Shown: positions 37,292 through 48,037, numbered from the stretch's first letter. The stretch: DNA of 64,000 bases from Paracoccaceae bacterium (GCA_021741245.1 JAIOYF010000004.1:350990-414989), one strand, 5' to 3'. The notes: generated by a model from the letters alone, not told the origin. Translations and numbers: made by a program.

Positions 37292-38164
37292 GTGGCAACC
37301 CAATCCTCACGCACCGCAGCCCGATTGATGGTCGCACCCTCTGTCATCTTGCTGTTCATATGGATGATTGTTCCATTGAGTCTGACAGCCTGGTTTTCGT
37401 TCCGGATCTACCGCCTGCTATCCCCTGAGCGGAACGGCTGGGCTGGGATCCAGAATTACAAATGGTTCTTTAACTCTCCCGATTTCTGGTTGGCCATTTC
37501 CAATACCTTGTTGCTGGTCGGCGGTGTGCTGACCATCACGATCGTTCTGGGTGTTTTGATTGCCCTTTTGATAGATCAACCGGTTTGGGGGCAGGGTCCC
37601 TTGCGCATTCTGGTGATCTCGCCATTTTTCGTTATGCCTCCAGTTGCCGCCTCGATCTGGGAAAACCTGTTCATGCACCCCCAGAACGGTATGTTCGCCT
37701 CGGCGGCGATCGGGCTTGGGATGAAGCCGATCCTGTTTCTGGAAAGCTATCCCATGGCATCGGTGATCTTTATTGTGTCTTGGGAATGGTTGCCTTTTGC
37801 CACACTTATCTTGTTGACCGCGCTGCAATCCATGTCGTCGGAACAGCTTGAAGCGGCCGAGATGGACGGGGCGGGGGCATTCAGCCGGTTCTGGTATATC
37901 GTGTTGCCGCACATGAAGCGCGCCATCACGGTCGTCATCTTGATCCAGACGATCTTCCTTCTGGGGATTTTCGGCGAGATCTTCACGACCACCCAAGGCG
38001 GACCCGGTTCTGCCTCTACCACGCTGCCCTACATGATCTACAAGCAGGCTGTGATCGCCAAGGATATCGGGCGTGCGGCGGCTGGCGGGATCATCGCTAT
38101 CATCCTTGCCAATATCGTTGCCTACTTCCTCATGCGAAGCATGGGAAAGAACCTCGACGCCTGA
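37292..38164 (+). CDS. smoF: Polyol ABC transporter permease
   Basis: MalF/CUT1-type permease. The GTG at 37292 is preceded by GGAGA. Confidence 0.8.
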   Translation: MATQSSRTAARLMVAPSVILLFIWMIVPLSLTAWFSFRIYRLLSPERNGWAGIQNYKWFFNSPDFWLAISNTLLLVGGVLTITIVLGVLIALLIDQPVWGQGPLRILVISPFFVMPPVAASIWENLFMHPQNGMFASAAIGLGMKPILFLESYPMASVIFIVSWEWLPFATLILLTALQSMSSEQLEAAEMDGAGAFSRFWYIVLPHMKRAITVVILIQTIFLLGIFGEIFTTTQGGPGSASTTLPYMIYKQAVIAKDIGRAAAGGIIAIILANIVAYFLMRSMGKNLDA

Positions 38165-38179
38165 ACGACGGAGTTTCCC

Positions 38180-39010
38180 ATGGCCCGCTCAGTTACCCCT
38201 CGCCGCAAGATCCTGTTCACGCTGGCCGCCTGGTCGGTGGCACTGCTGATCTTCTTTCCGGTTCTTTGGACGATCCTGACAAGCTTCAAGACAGAGGCAA
38301 GCGCAGTGGCCTCACCGCCGCAACTGTTCACCGCGGACTGGACGCTTGAAAACTATGCCGAAGTTTGGGGGCGGTCAGACTATCCGCGCTTTTTCTGGAA
38401 TTCGGTGGTTATCTCGGTGGGATCCACTCTGCTGGGTCTGATCGTCGCCATTCCTGCGGCATGGGCCATGGCCTTTGTGCCTGGCAGGCGGACAAAAGAC
38501 CTGCTGATGTGGATGTTGTCGACCAAGATGATGCCTGCAGCGGCAGTTCTGATCCCCATGTATCTGATCTTTCAGCGCACCGGTTTGTTCGACACGCGCT
38601 TTGGTCTGGTGATGGCATTGATGCTGATGAACCTGCCCGTGATTGTGTGGATGCTTTACACCTATTTCAAGGAGATCCCCGGCGAGATCCTTGAGGCTGC
38701 GCGGATGGATGGGGCGTCTTTGCGCAACGAAATCTTGTATGTGCTGACACCCATGGCGGTGCCCGGCATCGCCTCGACCATGCTTTTGAATATCATCCTC
38801 GCGTGGAACGAAGCGTTCTGGACCATCACCTTGACCACGACCAAGGCCGCCCCCTTGTCGGCCTTTATCGCCAGCTTTTCCGCCCCTCAGGGCCTGTTCT
38901 ACGCAAAACTGTCGGCGGCCAGCACCATGGCCATCGCACCAATTCTCATCCTTGGCTGGTTCAGCCAAAAGCAACTTGTCCGGGGCCTGACCTTCGGCGC
39001 GGTTAAGTGA
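38180..39010 (+). CDS. smoG: Polyol ABC transporter permease
   Basis: MalG/CUT1-type permease containing an EAA-like loop (EAARMDGAS). Confidence 0.85.
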   Translation: MARSVTPRRKILFTLAAWSVALLIFFPVLWTILTSFKTEASAVASPPQLFTADWTLENYAEVWGRSDYPRFFWNSVVISVGSTLLGLIVAIPAAWAMAFVPGRRTKDLLMWMLSTKMMPAAAVLIPMYLIFQRTGLFDTRFGLVMALMLMNLPVIVWMLYTYFKEIPGEILEAARMDGASLRNEILYVLTPMAVPGIASTMLLNIILAWNEAFWTITLTTTKAAPLSAFIASFSAPQGLFYAKLSAASTMAIAPILILGWFSQKQLVRGLTFGAVK

Positions 39011-39017
39011 GGCAAAA

Positions 39018-40016
39018 ATGGGCAAGATCACGTTAAAATCCGTCAAGAAATCCTTTGGTGAGGTGGATGTCATTCCGGGCATCGACCTGAACATCGAGGA
39101 TGGAGAGTTCGTCGTTTTCGTCGGGCCATCGGGCTGTGGCAAATCCACGCTTTTGCGGTTGATCGCTGGGCTGGAGGATACCACAGCAGGCATCATTTCG
39201 ATTGACGGCACCGATGCGACCGACCTGCCACCGGCCAAGCGCGGCCTTGCGATGGTGTTTCAGTCCTATGCGCTTTATCCGCATATGTCGGTGCGCAAGA
39301 ACATTGCTTTTCCGCTGAAAATGGCGGGGATGTCGGCCGAGGAACAGGCCAAGCGTGTGGACCACGCCGCGAAAATCCTGAACCTGTCTAGCTATATCGA
39401 CCGCAAGCCGGGCCAGCTTTCGGGCGGGCAGCGTCAGCGCGTCGCCATCGGCCGGGCCATCGTGCGGGAACCTGCGGCGTTCTTGTTTGACGAACCCCTG
39501 TCAAACCTAGATGCCGCATTGCGCGTCAACATGCGGCAAGAGATCAGCGAACTGCACCAAAGTCTGAAAACCACGATGATCTATGTGACGCATGATCAGG
39601 TCGAGGCGATGACGATGGCCGACAAGATCGTGGTGCTGAATGCAGGCCGGATTGAACAGGTCGGCAGTCCGCTGGACCTGTATCGCGCGCCCGCCAATCT
39701 GTTCGTGGCGGGGTTCATCGGCAGCCCGAAAATGAACCTGATCGAAGGGGCCGAGGCGGCAAAGCATGGCGCAAAGACCATTGGCATCCGGCCCGAACAT
39801 ATTGATGTGACACCGGATGGCGCATGGCAGGGTGTTGTCGGCCTGTCCGAGCATCTGGGGTCTGATACCTTCCTCAAGGTGAACGCGGGGGATTTGGGCA
39901 CTTTGACTCTGCGGGCGAGTGGCGAGGTAAATTTTCATCATGGCGACATGATCCGCTTTGCGCCACAAGCCGGAAAAATGATGCGTTTTGGCACTGATGG
40001 AAAGTTGATGGCATGA
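39018..40016 (+). CDS. smoK: Polyol ABC transporter ATP-binding protein
   Basis: Walker [10 protein letters not shown], signature LSGGQRQR, Walker B FLFDEPLS, and a MalK-like C-terminal domain. Confidence 0.9.
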   Translation: MGKITLKSVKKSFGEVDVIPGIDLNIEDGEFVVFVGPSGCGKSTLLRLIAGLEDTTAGIISIDGTDATDLPPAKRGLAMVFQSYALYPHMSVRKNIAFPLKMAGMSAEEQAKRVDHAAKILNLSSYIDRKPGQLSGGQRQRVAIGRAIVREPAAFLFDEPLSNLDAALRVNMRQEISELHQSLKTTMIYVTHDQVEAMTMADKIVVLNAGRIEQVGSPLDLYRAPANLFVAGFIGSPKMNLIEGAEAAKHGAKTIGIRPEHIDVTPDGAWQGVVGLSEHLGSDTFLKVNAGDLGTLTLRASGEVNFHHGDMIRFAPQAGKMMRFGTDGKLMA

Positions 40017-40783
40017 GGCTCTTGGGTAAATCGGCTCTGATCACAGGGGCTGCACGGGGCATCGGGCTGGAATTCGCCCGCGCCTATCTTGCCGAAGGGG
40101 CAACCGTCACCATCGCAGATATCAACGGTGATGCTGCAACGTCGGCGGCCAAGTCGCTGGGCGAAAGGGCCCATGCGGTGCAGATGGATGTCACCGATCA
40201 GACCAGCATTGAGGCCGGATTTGCCCAAGCCGTCGATCAGATGGGCAAATTGGATATCTTGATCAACAATGCCGCGCTGTTCAGCGCCTGTCCGATCACT
40301 GAGATCTCTCGCGCCGATTATGATCGCCTGTTTGCGGTCAATGTTTCGGGCACCTTGTTTTGCCTCCAAGCGGCGGCACGGCAGATGATTGCCCAAGGCC
40401 ATGGCGGCAAGATCATCAACATGGCCTCACAGGCTGGACGACGGGGCGAGGCGCTCGTTGCCGTCTATTGCGCGACAAAGGCCGCCGTGATCAGCCTGAC
40501 GCAAAGTGCCGGGATGAACCTGATTTCCCACGGTATCAACGTCAACGCGATCGCGCCCGGCGTTGTCGACGGGGAACACTGGGATGGTGTCGACGCCTTC
40601 TTTGCCAAATATGAAAACCGTCCCTTGGGCGAGAAGAAGCGCGTCGTGGGCGAGGCCGTGCCATTCGGGCGTATGGGCACCGCGCAGGATTTGACCGGAA
40701 TGGCAATCTTTCTTGCCACGGATGAAGCAAAATACATCGTCGCGCAATGCTATGGCGTCGACGGTGGGAATTGGATGGCCTGA
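40013..40783 (+). CDS. smoS: Short-chain dehydrogenase, sorbitol dehydrogenase-like
   Basis: TGAARGIG cofactor motif and YCATKAA catalytic motif. ATGA overlap with smoK. Confidence 0.8.
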   Translation: MRLLGKSALITGAARGIGLEFARAYLAEGATVTIADINGDAATSAAKSLGERAHAVQMDVTDQTSIEAGFAQAVDQMGKLDILINNAALFSACPITEISRADYDRLFAVNVSGTLFCLQAAARQMIAQGHGGKIINMASQAGRRGEALVAVYCATKAAVISLTQSAGMNLISHGINVNAIAPGVVDGEHWDGVDAFFAKYENRPLGEKKRVVGEAVPFGRMGTAQDLTGMAIFLATDEAKYIVAQCYGVDGGNWMA

Positions 40784-40784
40784 C

Positions 40785-42230
40785 ATGAATACCCACACTC
40801 CCACGGTTGCGCTTCCGACCTATGATCGCCGTCGCCTGACCCCCGGCATTGTCCATATTGGCTTGGGAAACTTTCACCGCGCCCATATGGCAGTCTATCT
40901 CGATGATCTGATGAACATGGGCGAGGCGCAGGATTGGGCGATCCTTGGCGCCGGAGTGCGCGACGGGGATGCCCGGATGCGCGATGCGCTTTTGACGCAA
41001 GACTGCCTGTCTACGGTGATCGAGTTGGACCCGACAGGAAAGCGCGCGCGCCGCGTCGGGTCGATGATTGATTTCCTCCCCGTTGAGGCCGATAGCGCCG
41101 CCCTGATTGCGGCCATGGCCCGGCCCGAGATCCGCATCGTGTCACTGACCGTGACCGAGGGCGGTTATTTCATTGCCGCCGCCACCGGGGCGTTTGATCC
41201 CACAGCACCCGATATCGCCCATGACGCGGCCCATCCCGGCGCACCTGTCACGGCCTTTGGGGCCATTCTCGCGGCCCTGCGCCTGCGGCGCGAGGCGGGC
41301 ATCGCCCCCTTTACCGTGATGAGTTGTGACAACCTGCCCGGAAATGGTCATGTGACGCAGGCGGCGGTTGTTGGCCTTGCCCGTCTTTCTGACCCCGATT
41401 TTGCCGATTGGGTTCAGGCCCATGTGGCCTTTCCCAACGGCATGGTTGACCGGATCACCCCGGCCACAGGTCCGCACGAACGCGCCCTTGCCGTGGAGTT
41501 TGGCCTGAACGATCCGGTCCCCGTCACCTGTGAGCCGTTTCGGCAATGGGTGGTGGAGGATCATTTCCCCGCCGGACGCCCGGCTTGGGAAAAGGTGGGC
41601 GTGACCTTTACCCCCCACGTCCATGCCTATGAGGCAATGAAAATCCGTATCCTGAACGGCGGCCATGCCATTATCGCCTATCCCGGTGGTCTGATGGATA
41701 TCGATTATGTGCATGAGGCGATGCGCCACCCCCTGATCACGGGCCTTTTGGACAAGGTTGAGCGCGAAGAGGTCATCCCCTATGTCGCCCCGGTGCCAAA
41801 CACCGATCTTGGGCAATACTATGACACCATCCGCGAGCGGTTCTCAAACCCTGAGGTGGCCGATACCGAACGCCGCCTTTGCCTTGATGGCTCCAACCGC
41901 CAGCCCAAATTCATCGTGCCGTCGTTGCGGGATGCCTTGGCGGCGGATGGTTCGATTGACGGGCTGTGCCTCGTCTCGGCCCTTTGGTGCCGTTACTGCG
42001 CGGGCACGACCGACAGCGGCACGGTCATTGCGCCCAATGATCCAAACTGGGATCAGCTTCAGGCCCTCGCGATTGAGGCGCGCCAGTCCCCGGCAGTCTG
42101 GCTTGGCATGGCTGCAGTTTACGGTGACCTTGACCAGAACACCCGATTACAAGAGCGCTTTGCCCATTGGCTGAACATGCTTTGGGCCGAGGGCACCGAA
42201 GCCACGCTTGAAACCTATCTCGCGTCCTGA
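40785..42230 (+). CDS. mtlK: Long-chain mannitol 2-dehydrogenase family protein
   Basis: N-terminal IVHIGLGNFHRAH motif and ~480 aa. It is the last gene of the smo operon. Confidence 0.85.
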   Translation: MNTHTPTVALPTYDRRRLTPGIVHIGLGNFHRAHMAVYLDDLMNMGEAQDWAILGAGVRDGDARMRDALLTQDCLSTVIELDPTGKRARRVGSMIDFLPVEADSAALIAAMARPEIRIVSLTVTEGGYFIAAATGAFDPTAPDIAHDAAHPGAPVTAFGAILAALRLRREAGIAPFTVMSCDNLPGNGHVTQAAVVGLARLSDPDFADWVQAHVAFPNGMVDRITPATGPHERALAVEFGLNDPVPVTCEPFRQWVVEDHFPAGRPAWEKVGVTFTPHVHAYEAMKIRILNGGHAIIAYPGGLMDIDYVHEAMRHPLITGLLDKVEREEVIPYVAPVPNTDLGQYYDTIRERFSNPEVADTERRLCLDGSNRQPKFIVPSLRDALAADGSIDGLCLVSALWCRYCAGTTDSGTVIAPNDPNWDQLQALAIEARQSPAVWLGMAAVYGDLDQNTRLQERFAHWLNMLWAEGTEATLETYLAS

Positions 42231-42305
42231 CCCTTTGTTGGGTGCAGAATATCTTGCGGGCGTCCGGGGGGCAAAACCCCCGGCGCTTGCGATCTGGCAC
42301 CGGTC

Positions 42306-43379
42306 TCAACTCCTGAAAAGACGCGCTGCTATCGGGGCCAGCAAGATCACCAGAATGACGCGCAGCAGATGGTGCGTAACGACATAGGCCAGATCAGCGC
42401 CTGCGATGATGGCAATCACCACCATCTCGGCCTGACCGCCCGGCAAAAAGGCCAAAAAGGCATCCAAGGCCGGAGCAACCCCCGTCAAATGCACAAGCTC
42501 AAAGAACCCAAGCGAGATCAACGCCAGCAGCGCCGCATAGATCAGCCCCGCGCCCACATCCACACGCAACTCGCGCCATGTGATCCCGGTATATTTCACC
42601 CCCACGGCAATGCCGATAAAGAATTGCGCGGCCCAGATGATTTCGGCCGGGGGGCGGGTGGTGATGACGCCGGTCAGCGAAAGCGTCGCGGTCAGGATCA
42701 TCGGCCCAAGGATGGACGCGCCAAAAAGGCCGATCCGCTCGGCCAGTTTCCAGCCCGCAACGCCGGCAAAGACCATCAGTGCTATCTGAACCGGGTCCAT
42801 CTCGGACGCAGGGCGTCCGGGCGGCTGGCTCAGATCAACGCCCCAATAGGCCACCATGACCAACGGGGCCACGGTCACGATCACCAAGACCCGCGTGGCA
42901 TGGATCAGGGACAGCGCTCTTGGGTCGCCCCCGGCCTCTTCGCCGAAAATCAACATGTCCTGCAAACCGCCCGGCATGGCGGCATACCAGGCTGTCGGAT
43001 GATTGAAGCCAAAGACATAGCGGAACAGCGGATAGCCAATTGCCCCGATCAGCACGATGAACAGCGGCACAAAGGCCAAAGACAGGGCAAAGTCTGGCAG
43101 ATGCCCTATCGTCGCAGGCGTGATGGACGAGCCGACCGCCACCCCCAGAAAGGTGCGCATAAAAGTGCCAAAGGTGCCCGCATCCGCCATCCGAACGCCC
43201 AAAAGGGCTGCCGCCAGACAGGCCGCCATCGGGCCCAACAACAGGGGAAGCGGCAGGTGCAGCAGCCAAAACGCCGCCCCACCAGCCCCTGCAATGGCAA
43301 AGGTGAGAACACGGGGCAGGGTGATCAGGCGCACAAAGGGCTCTCGTCCAAGGGAAGTTCTTCCAGCAGGCAGGCCCAT
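42306..43379 (-). CDS. AbrB-family (putative ammonia monooxygenase-like, PF05145-type) duplicated membrane protein
   Basis: Polytopic ORF 42306..43406. The start is uncertain: TTG 43406, ATG 43379, or GTG 43334 with GAGAG upstream. Confidence 0.6.
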   Translation of the reverse strand: MGLPAGRTSLGREPFVRLITLPRVLTFAIAGAGGAAFWLLHLPLPLLLGPMAACLAAALLGVRMADAGTFGTFMRTFLGVAVGSSITPATIGHLPDFALSLAFVPLFIVLIGAIGYPLFRYVFGFNHPTAWYAAMPGGLQDMLIFGEEAGGDPRALSLIHATRVLVIVTVAPLVMVAYWGVDLSQPPGRPASEMDPVQIALMVFAGVAGWKLAERIGLFGASILGPMILTATLSLTGVITTRPPAEIIWAAQFFIGIAVGVKYTGITWRELRVDVGAGLIYAALLALISLGFFELVHLTGVAPALDAFLAFLPGGQAEMVVIAIIAGADLAYVVTHHLLRVILVILLAPIAARLFRS

Positions 43380-43642
43380 TGCGCGCCATGCATGTCGCGG
43401 TCCCAACGGCTGCCCTGCACGACAGGGCGCGGGATCGAAAACTTGATCACATGCAGGTCGGCAATATCAAAGCGTTTGACCAGTTGTAGCGGCGTGTCGA
43501 AGAGCCGCGCCACCTGTTCGGTTTCAATCCGGCGGGTCATTTGGGCATAAACCTCGGCAGAGCCGCAAAACACATCAATGGTCACCCAAAACGGCCCTGC
43601 ATTCTTGGACCGCACTTTCAACACCTGTTCGCCCAGCGTCAT
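43325..43642 (-). CDS. DUF4387-like small protein (partner of AtuA-like proteins)
   Basis: 105-aa ORF whose start overlaps the AtuA-like stop by 4 nt. The sequence pattern GPFWVTIDVF...DLHVIKFSIPRP is as I recall it for DUF4387. Confidence 0.6.
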   Translation of the reverse strand: MTLGEQVLKVRSKNAGPFWVTIDVFCGSAEVYAQMTRRIETEQVARLFDTPLQLVKRFDIADLHVIKFSIPRPVVQGSRWDRDMHGAQWACLLEELPLDESPLCA

Positions 43643-44997
43643 GCGCCCACCTCTGTCACCACAAGGCGAAAGGCCGCCATCGGATCGTCCAAGGTCATCA
43701 CATGGTTAAGCGCGAATTCGTAAAGCGCGCCACGATCTGTGGTGGCGGGGGAATAGGGGAACGCAAAGGTCGGCAATTCCTCATCCTCGGTCAGGGGATA
43801 GTGCAGCACAAAGGGGTTGATCAGTTTGCCAATCTCGGCCGCCTCTTCTTGGGTGCGGGCGGTGACGATGCCCAAAACCCCAACCTCAACCGGATCCCCG
43901 CTGCGATTTTCTTGCCCGCCAAGCGCGCTGTCAACGCCGATCAGCCGGAATTCCAAGGTATAATGCTCGGCTGCAAGACCCATTCGGGTAGCAATCGCCC
44001 CGTTCAGATAATACGTCAGCTTTTCCACCCAAGCCTTTGCATTTGAAACATAATGATGGCTGCGCAGAACGGCGATGATGGTGGTTTGATACCCCGCCAC
44101 ACGCGCGCCTTCCAGCTTTACCGTATAGCGGCCCGGCACCCAAGCCGATCCTTCGACACGCACCCGCCGCGCGTCCAGGGCCCGGTAACGCGCATCTGTC
44201 ACATCCAGATGTCCACCGGGTTCATACAAGATAAAGGGGTCGGTATTTTCATAGAGCATATGGGCCGAAACAGAATGGGGCGTGCACAGGGCGGCCTCGT
44301 GCATCGCCTCAACGGTAAAGCCACTCGCGTCAAAATCCACCACGATCACGCCCGAGGTCGGGTTGGTCGAACACAGCGCCCCACATTCCGCGATCTTGGC
44401 GCCGTGCCACGCGGCCCCCGCATGATCGCCGCGCATCAAAGGCAGGGCTGCGATGGTGGCGGTGTCGGTGGTGCGCCCGGCAATGATGATATCTGCCCCG
44501 GTGTTCAGCGCGGCCTGCACCTGTTCGGCCCCGGCCAGTGCCACGATATTGGTCATTGCCGCGATGGCGGCGGCATCAATGGCGGGTGCGGGCGTCAGGG
44601 GGGAAATCTGCCCGTCTTGCAGCGCTTTCGCCACCCGGTCTGCAGGCTGGCTGGAGTAAAGCCGGGCCACGCTGACCCTCTGGCCCAGTTCGGCGGCCAG
44701 CTCGCAGGTGATGTCATACATCCAATCCACCGTTGCATCGGCCCCACAGGTGCCCGCCGTGCCGATGATGAGGGGAACCCCCGCCGTTGCCCGCGCCTGC
44801 ATCAGGTCGCGCCATTCGGATTTCGTGGCGGCGCGGGCGTATTTCGACTGCCCCGCCCCAAGGGAAAAGGGCCCACTGTCCGTGGACCCCCCATCAATGG
44901 CGATGATATCGGGACGCATCGCCACACCGCGGGCCAGCGCCCCCCGATCAAATCCAAGGCCAAGAACGCCCGAAGGCACAAGCACGCGGGTGGGCAT
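43639..44997 (-). CDS. AtuA-like (DUF1446, acyclic terpene utilisation family) protein
   Basis: 452-aa ORF. The N-terminus GVLGLGF...IAIDGGSTDSGP is typical of the family. Confidence 0.65.
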   Translation of the reverse strand: MPTRVLVPSGVLGLGFDRGALARGVAMRPDIIAIDGGSTDSGPFSLGAGQSKYARAATKSEWRDLMQARATAGVPLIIGTAGTCGADATVDWMYDITCELAAELGQRVSVARLYSSQPADRVAKALQDGQISPLTPAPAIDAAAIAAMTNIVALAGAEQVQAALNTGADIIIAGRTTDTATIAALPLMRGDHAGAAWHGAKIAECGALCSTNPTSGVIVVDFDASGFTVEAMHEAALCTPHSVSAHMLYENTDPFILYEPGGHLDVTDARYRALDARRVRVEGSAWVPGRYTVKLEGARVAGYQTTIIAVLRSHHYVSNAKAWVEKLTYYLNGAIATRMGLAAEHYTLEFRLIGVDSALGGQENRSGDPVEVGVLGIVTARTQEEAAEIGKLINPFVLHYPLTEDEELPTFAFPYSPATTDRGALYEFALNHVMTLDDPMAAFRLVVTEVGA

Positions 44998-45009
44998 GGG
45001 GAGTCTCCG

Positions 45010-46533
45010 TTAATCGCTGGTCAGGTCGTCTGTGACGGGAAGCGTGGGCTTCTTCAAGACCGTGCGCAAGAAGATCGGCGCAACAAAGCCAAGAACCGCT
45101 GCCAACCACAGGCCAATCGCGATGGGTGAGGAGAAGAGATAGGTCCAGTCCCCATCTGACAACACCATGGCGCGGCGCAGGTTGTCCTCCATCGAATTGC
45201 CCAACAAGATGCCAAGGATGACGGGCACCGTTGGGATATCCAGCTTGCGAAACACCCAGCCCATCACGCCAAAGGCCACCATGAGTTGCATGTCAAAGGC
45301 AGAGCCTGTCAGCGAGAATATCCCGACAAAGGCCACCATCGTCACACCGGGCAACAAGATCCAGCTTGGCACCTGCAGGATTTTCACAAACACCTTCACC
45401 ATCGGCACGTTCATCACCAACAGCACAAAATTGGCAATCAACAGCGCCGCGATCAGGCCCCAGACAACTTCGGGTCGTTCTGAAAACAACAGCGGGCCGG
45501 GGGTGATGTTCAGCGTCAGCAGCAGGGCCAAAAGCACCGCCGTTGTGCCGGACCCCGGCACGCCCAGCGTCAGCATCGGGATCAGTGCGCCCCCGGCGGC
45601 AGCATTGTTGCCCGCCTCGGGTGCGGCTACACCACGCGGGTTGCCGGTGCCAAAGGTCTCTTTATCCTTGGCCGTGGCCTTTTCCGCCATATAGGCTAGG
45701 AACGAGCCAAGCGAGGCCCCAGCACCCGGCAAAATCCCGGCCAGAAAGCCAATGCCCGATCCGCGCAGCATTGCCCAGCGGGTGGACCACAGCTTGGCCC
45801 AATCGACGGTGATCTTGCCCAGTTTGACGCCAATGGCGCTGTCGCGGCCATGGGTTTCGATAAAGTGGAACACCTCGGCCACGGCAAACAGGCCGACGAT
45901 GGCAACAAGGAAATCGACCCCGTCCATCAGATGCAATTCACCAAAGGTAAAGCGCGGCATGCCTGTTGTCTTGTCCAGACCGACCATGGCGATGCCAAGG
46001 CCGATGGCGGCGGCGATTGCCGATTTGGCCTGATTGTTCGAGCCGATCCCGCCAAGGGTGCAAAAGGCCAGCATATACAGGGCGAAATACTCGGCGGGCC
46101 CGAACTTGAACGCCACGCGTGCCAACATGGGCGCCATCAGCATCAGGCCAATCGTTGCCAAAAACGCACCAACAAAGGACGCCACACCCGAAATCACCAG
46201 CGCGTCAGAGGCATAGCCCTGCTTGGCCATGGGATATCCGTCAAGGCAGGTCATCATCGCTGGTTCATCGCCGGGAATATTGAGCAAGATCGAACTGATC
46301 CGCCCGCCATACATGGCCCCGTAATAGACCGATGTCAGCATCACCAGCGCGGAGATCGCATCAAGGCCCATCGAAAAGGAAATCGGAATCAACAGCGCCA
46401 CGCCGTTTGACGGGCCAAGGCCCGGAAGCGCGCCGATGATGGTGCCGACAAAACAGCCAATGATGGCCAAAAGCAGGGTCCATGGGGACAGCGCGATGCT
46501 GAACCCCAAGGCAAGGTTGGTCAGAAGATCCAT
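45010..46533 (-). CDS. tctA: Tripartite tricarboxylate transporter large permease
   Basis: 507-aa polytopic ORF with TctA pattern (GALPGLGPS, GILPGAGAS). Confidence 0.88.
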   Translation of the reverse strand: MDLLTNLALGFSIALSPWTLLLAIIGCFVGTIIGALPGLGPSNGVALLIPISFSMGLDAISALVMLTSVYYGAMYGGRISSILLNIPGDEPAMMTCLDGYPMAKQGYASDALVISGVASFVGAFLATIGLMLMAPMLARVAFKFGPAEYFALYMLAFCTLGGIGSNNQAKSAIAAAIGLGIAMVGLDKTTGMPRFTFGELHLMDGVDFLVAIVGLFAVAEVFHFIETHGRDSAIGVKLGKITVDWAKLWSTRWAMLRGSGIGFLAGILPGAGASLGSFLAYMAEKATAKDKETFGTGNPRGVAAPEAGNNAAAGGALIPMLTLGVPGSGTTAVLLALLLTLNITPGPLLFSERPEVVWGLIAALLIANFVLLVMNVPMVKVFVKILQVPSWILLPGVTMVAFVGIFSLTGSAFDMQLMVAFGVMGWVFRKLDIPTVPVILGILLGNSMEDNLRRAMVLSDGDWTYLFSSPIAIGLWLAAVLGFVAPIFLRTVLKKPTLPVTDDLTSD

Positions 46534-46545
46534 CGAAAACTCCGA

Positions 46546-46986
46546 TCAGCCCATCAGGGCGGGCGGCAGGCCCTTTAGGCCAAGGCCGAGGATGACTTTG
46601 AACAGAACGTAAAGCCCGATGCCAAGGCCAAGGCCCGACAGGGCCGCCGGAACCGGGCGCGGGTTGATCTGATAGCTGAGCAGACCCGCGACGATGACCG
46701 TTGGCAAAATAAAGCCAAGCGGGCGGATCATCAGCGCGTAGGCAACCAGCAAGACGACTGAAAAGGCCATCTTGGCCAGCATCACGCCGCGTGGCCAATC
46801 GGCGTTTGGATCAGGCCGCAGGATCAGTGACAAGGAACACAGCATCACAACGCCCGCCACAAGATAGGGAAACACCCTTGGCCCAACCGGGTCAGACATG
46901 AAGGAGGTCTGGATGCCCATGGCGCTGAGGATATACCCCAGCGCCAGAACCATCATGAACAGACCGAAAATCCGGTCTGCATGCAT
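46546..46986 (-). CDS. tctB: Tripartite tricarboxylate transporter small membrane protein
   Basis: 146-aa, 4-TM ORF lying between tctC and tctA. Confidence 0.75.
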   Translation of the reverse strand: MHADRIFGLFMMVLALGYILSAMGIQTSFMSDPVGPRVFPYLVAGVVMLCSLSLILRPDPNADWPRGVMLAKMAFSVVLLVAYALMIRPLGFILPTVIVAGLLSYQINPRPVPAALSGLGLGIGLYVLFKVILGLGLKGLPPALMG

Positions 46987-47951
46987 TACTGGATAACCCC
47001 GATTTCTTTGGACAGGGCAACTGTTTCCACGATCACGCCATCAACCCACGATTGGAAATCGCCACCAACTTTGACAAAGGGGGCCAGACCGTTTTCGGTC
47101 ATCACCTTTTGCCACTCGGCGCTGTCGGCCACCTGCTGCAACTTTGCCGCCCAAGCGTTGAACTGATCGTCCGAGATGCCCTTTGGCACATAGAGACCAC
47201 GCCAGTTCACGGCGACCACGTCAAAACCCTGCTCGCGGGCGGTCGGGATATCCTCGAACCCGGGAACCCGCTCTTCGGTCAGAACGGCGAGCGCGCGCAC
47301 ATCACCCGATCTGATAAAGCCCACGATTTCCGACATGTCGCCGGTCATGGCTTGGGTAAAGCCGCCAACGGTCTGGGTGATCGCATCCGCGCCACCATCC
47401 ACGCCGATGTATTTGATCTTGGTGATGTCGTCGAACCCGGCGGCCTTCATGACCTGCAGCGGCTTCATGTGGTCAAAACCACCTACGGCAGAGCCACCGG
47501 CAAAGGCGACGGAACCCGGATCAGCCTTGATCGCGGCAACCATATCGCCAAGGTTTTTCAGCGGGCTGTCCTTGGCCACAACGATCACGCCCGGATCGCC
47601 ACCGATGGCACCCAAGAACCGCACCTGATCGGCGGTGGCGCCGGCAAAGGCGTTCTGGGCCAGACGGGTCGTGGTCGCGGATGAGGCTGCAACGATCAGA
47701 TCGGCGTCGTCGTTGCGGTCGGTCACCACATAGGTAAAGGCCACGCCACCACCGGCACCGGCCATATTGGTCACAACCATGGGTGCATCAATCGCGCCCA
47801 GCTCTTGCATGATGCGGGCCACTTGACGGCAGGTGAAATCCCAGCCGCCGCCGGGGTTGGCAGGTGCGATGCATTCAGTGGCAAGGGCCGAGGTGCTGGC
47901 GGCCAGCAAACCAAAAGCGCTCAGCGCCAGCGCGCGGGTTACAGTCGTCAT
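46986..47951 (-). CDS. tctC: Tripartite tricarboxylate transporter substrate-binding protein
   Basis: Signal peptide MTTVTRALALSAFGLLAASTSALA and a Bug/TctC-like pattern. The ATG at 47951 has a GGAGGA Shine-Dalgarno. Confidence 0.85.
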   Translation of the reverse strand: MTTVTRALALSAFGLLAASTSALATECIAPANPGGGWDFTCRQVARIMQELGAIDAPMVVTNMAGAGGGVAFTYVVTDRNDDADLIVAASSATTTRLAQNAFAGATADQVRFLGAIGGDPGVIVVAKDSPLKNLGDMVAAIKADPGSVAFAGGSAVGGFDHMKPLQVMKAAGFDDITKIKYIGVDGGADAITQTVGGFTQAMTGDMSEIVGFIRSGDVRALAVLTEERVPGFEDIPTAREQGFDVVAVNWRGLYVPKGISDDQFNAWAAKLQQVADSAEWQKVMTENGLAPFVKVGGDFQSWVDGVIVETVALSKEIGVIQ

Positions 47952-48037
47952 GGGTATCCTCCCTGGATATATGTATGGGCAGCCCGACACTCCTCCGCGT
48001 CTTGAGGGCTTGCAGGGGGGATACAAAGCTGGAAAGC

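Noticed and set aside
35840-37303. 487-aa minus-strand ORF antisense to smoE. The same applies to similar shadow ORFs opposite glnE (3911..5065), tctA (45167..46410) and the dGTPase-like gene (60689..61621).
   Set aside because: Same reasoning: these are shadow ORFs opposite well-supported genes in a high-GC genome.
42264-42283. Hairpin CCGGGGG-gcaaaa-CCCCCGG between the convergent mtlK and AbrB-type genes, as a bidirectional terminator.
   Set aside because: The stem is only 7 bp and has no U-tract on either strand. It is plausible but too weak to call.
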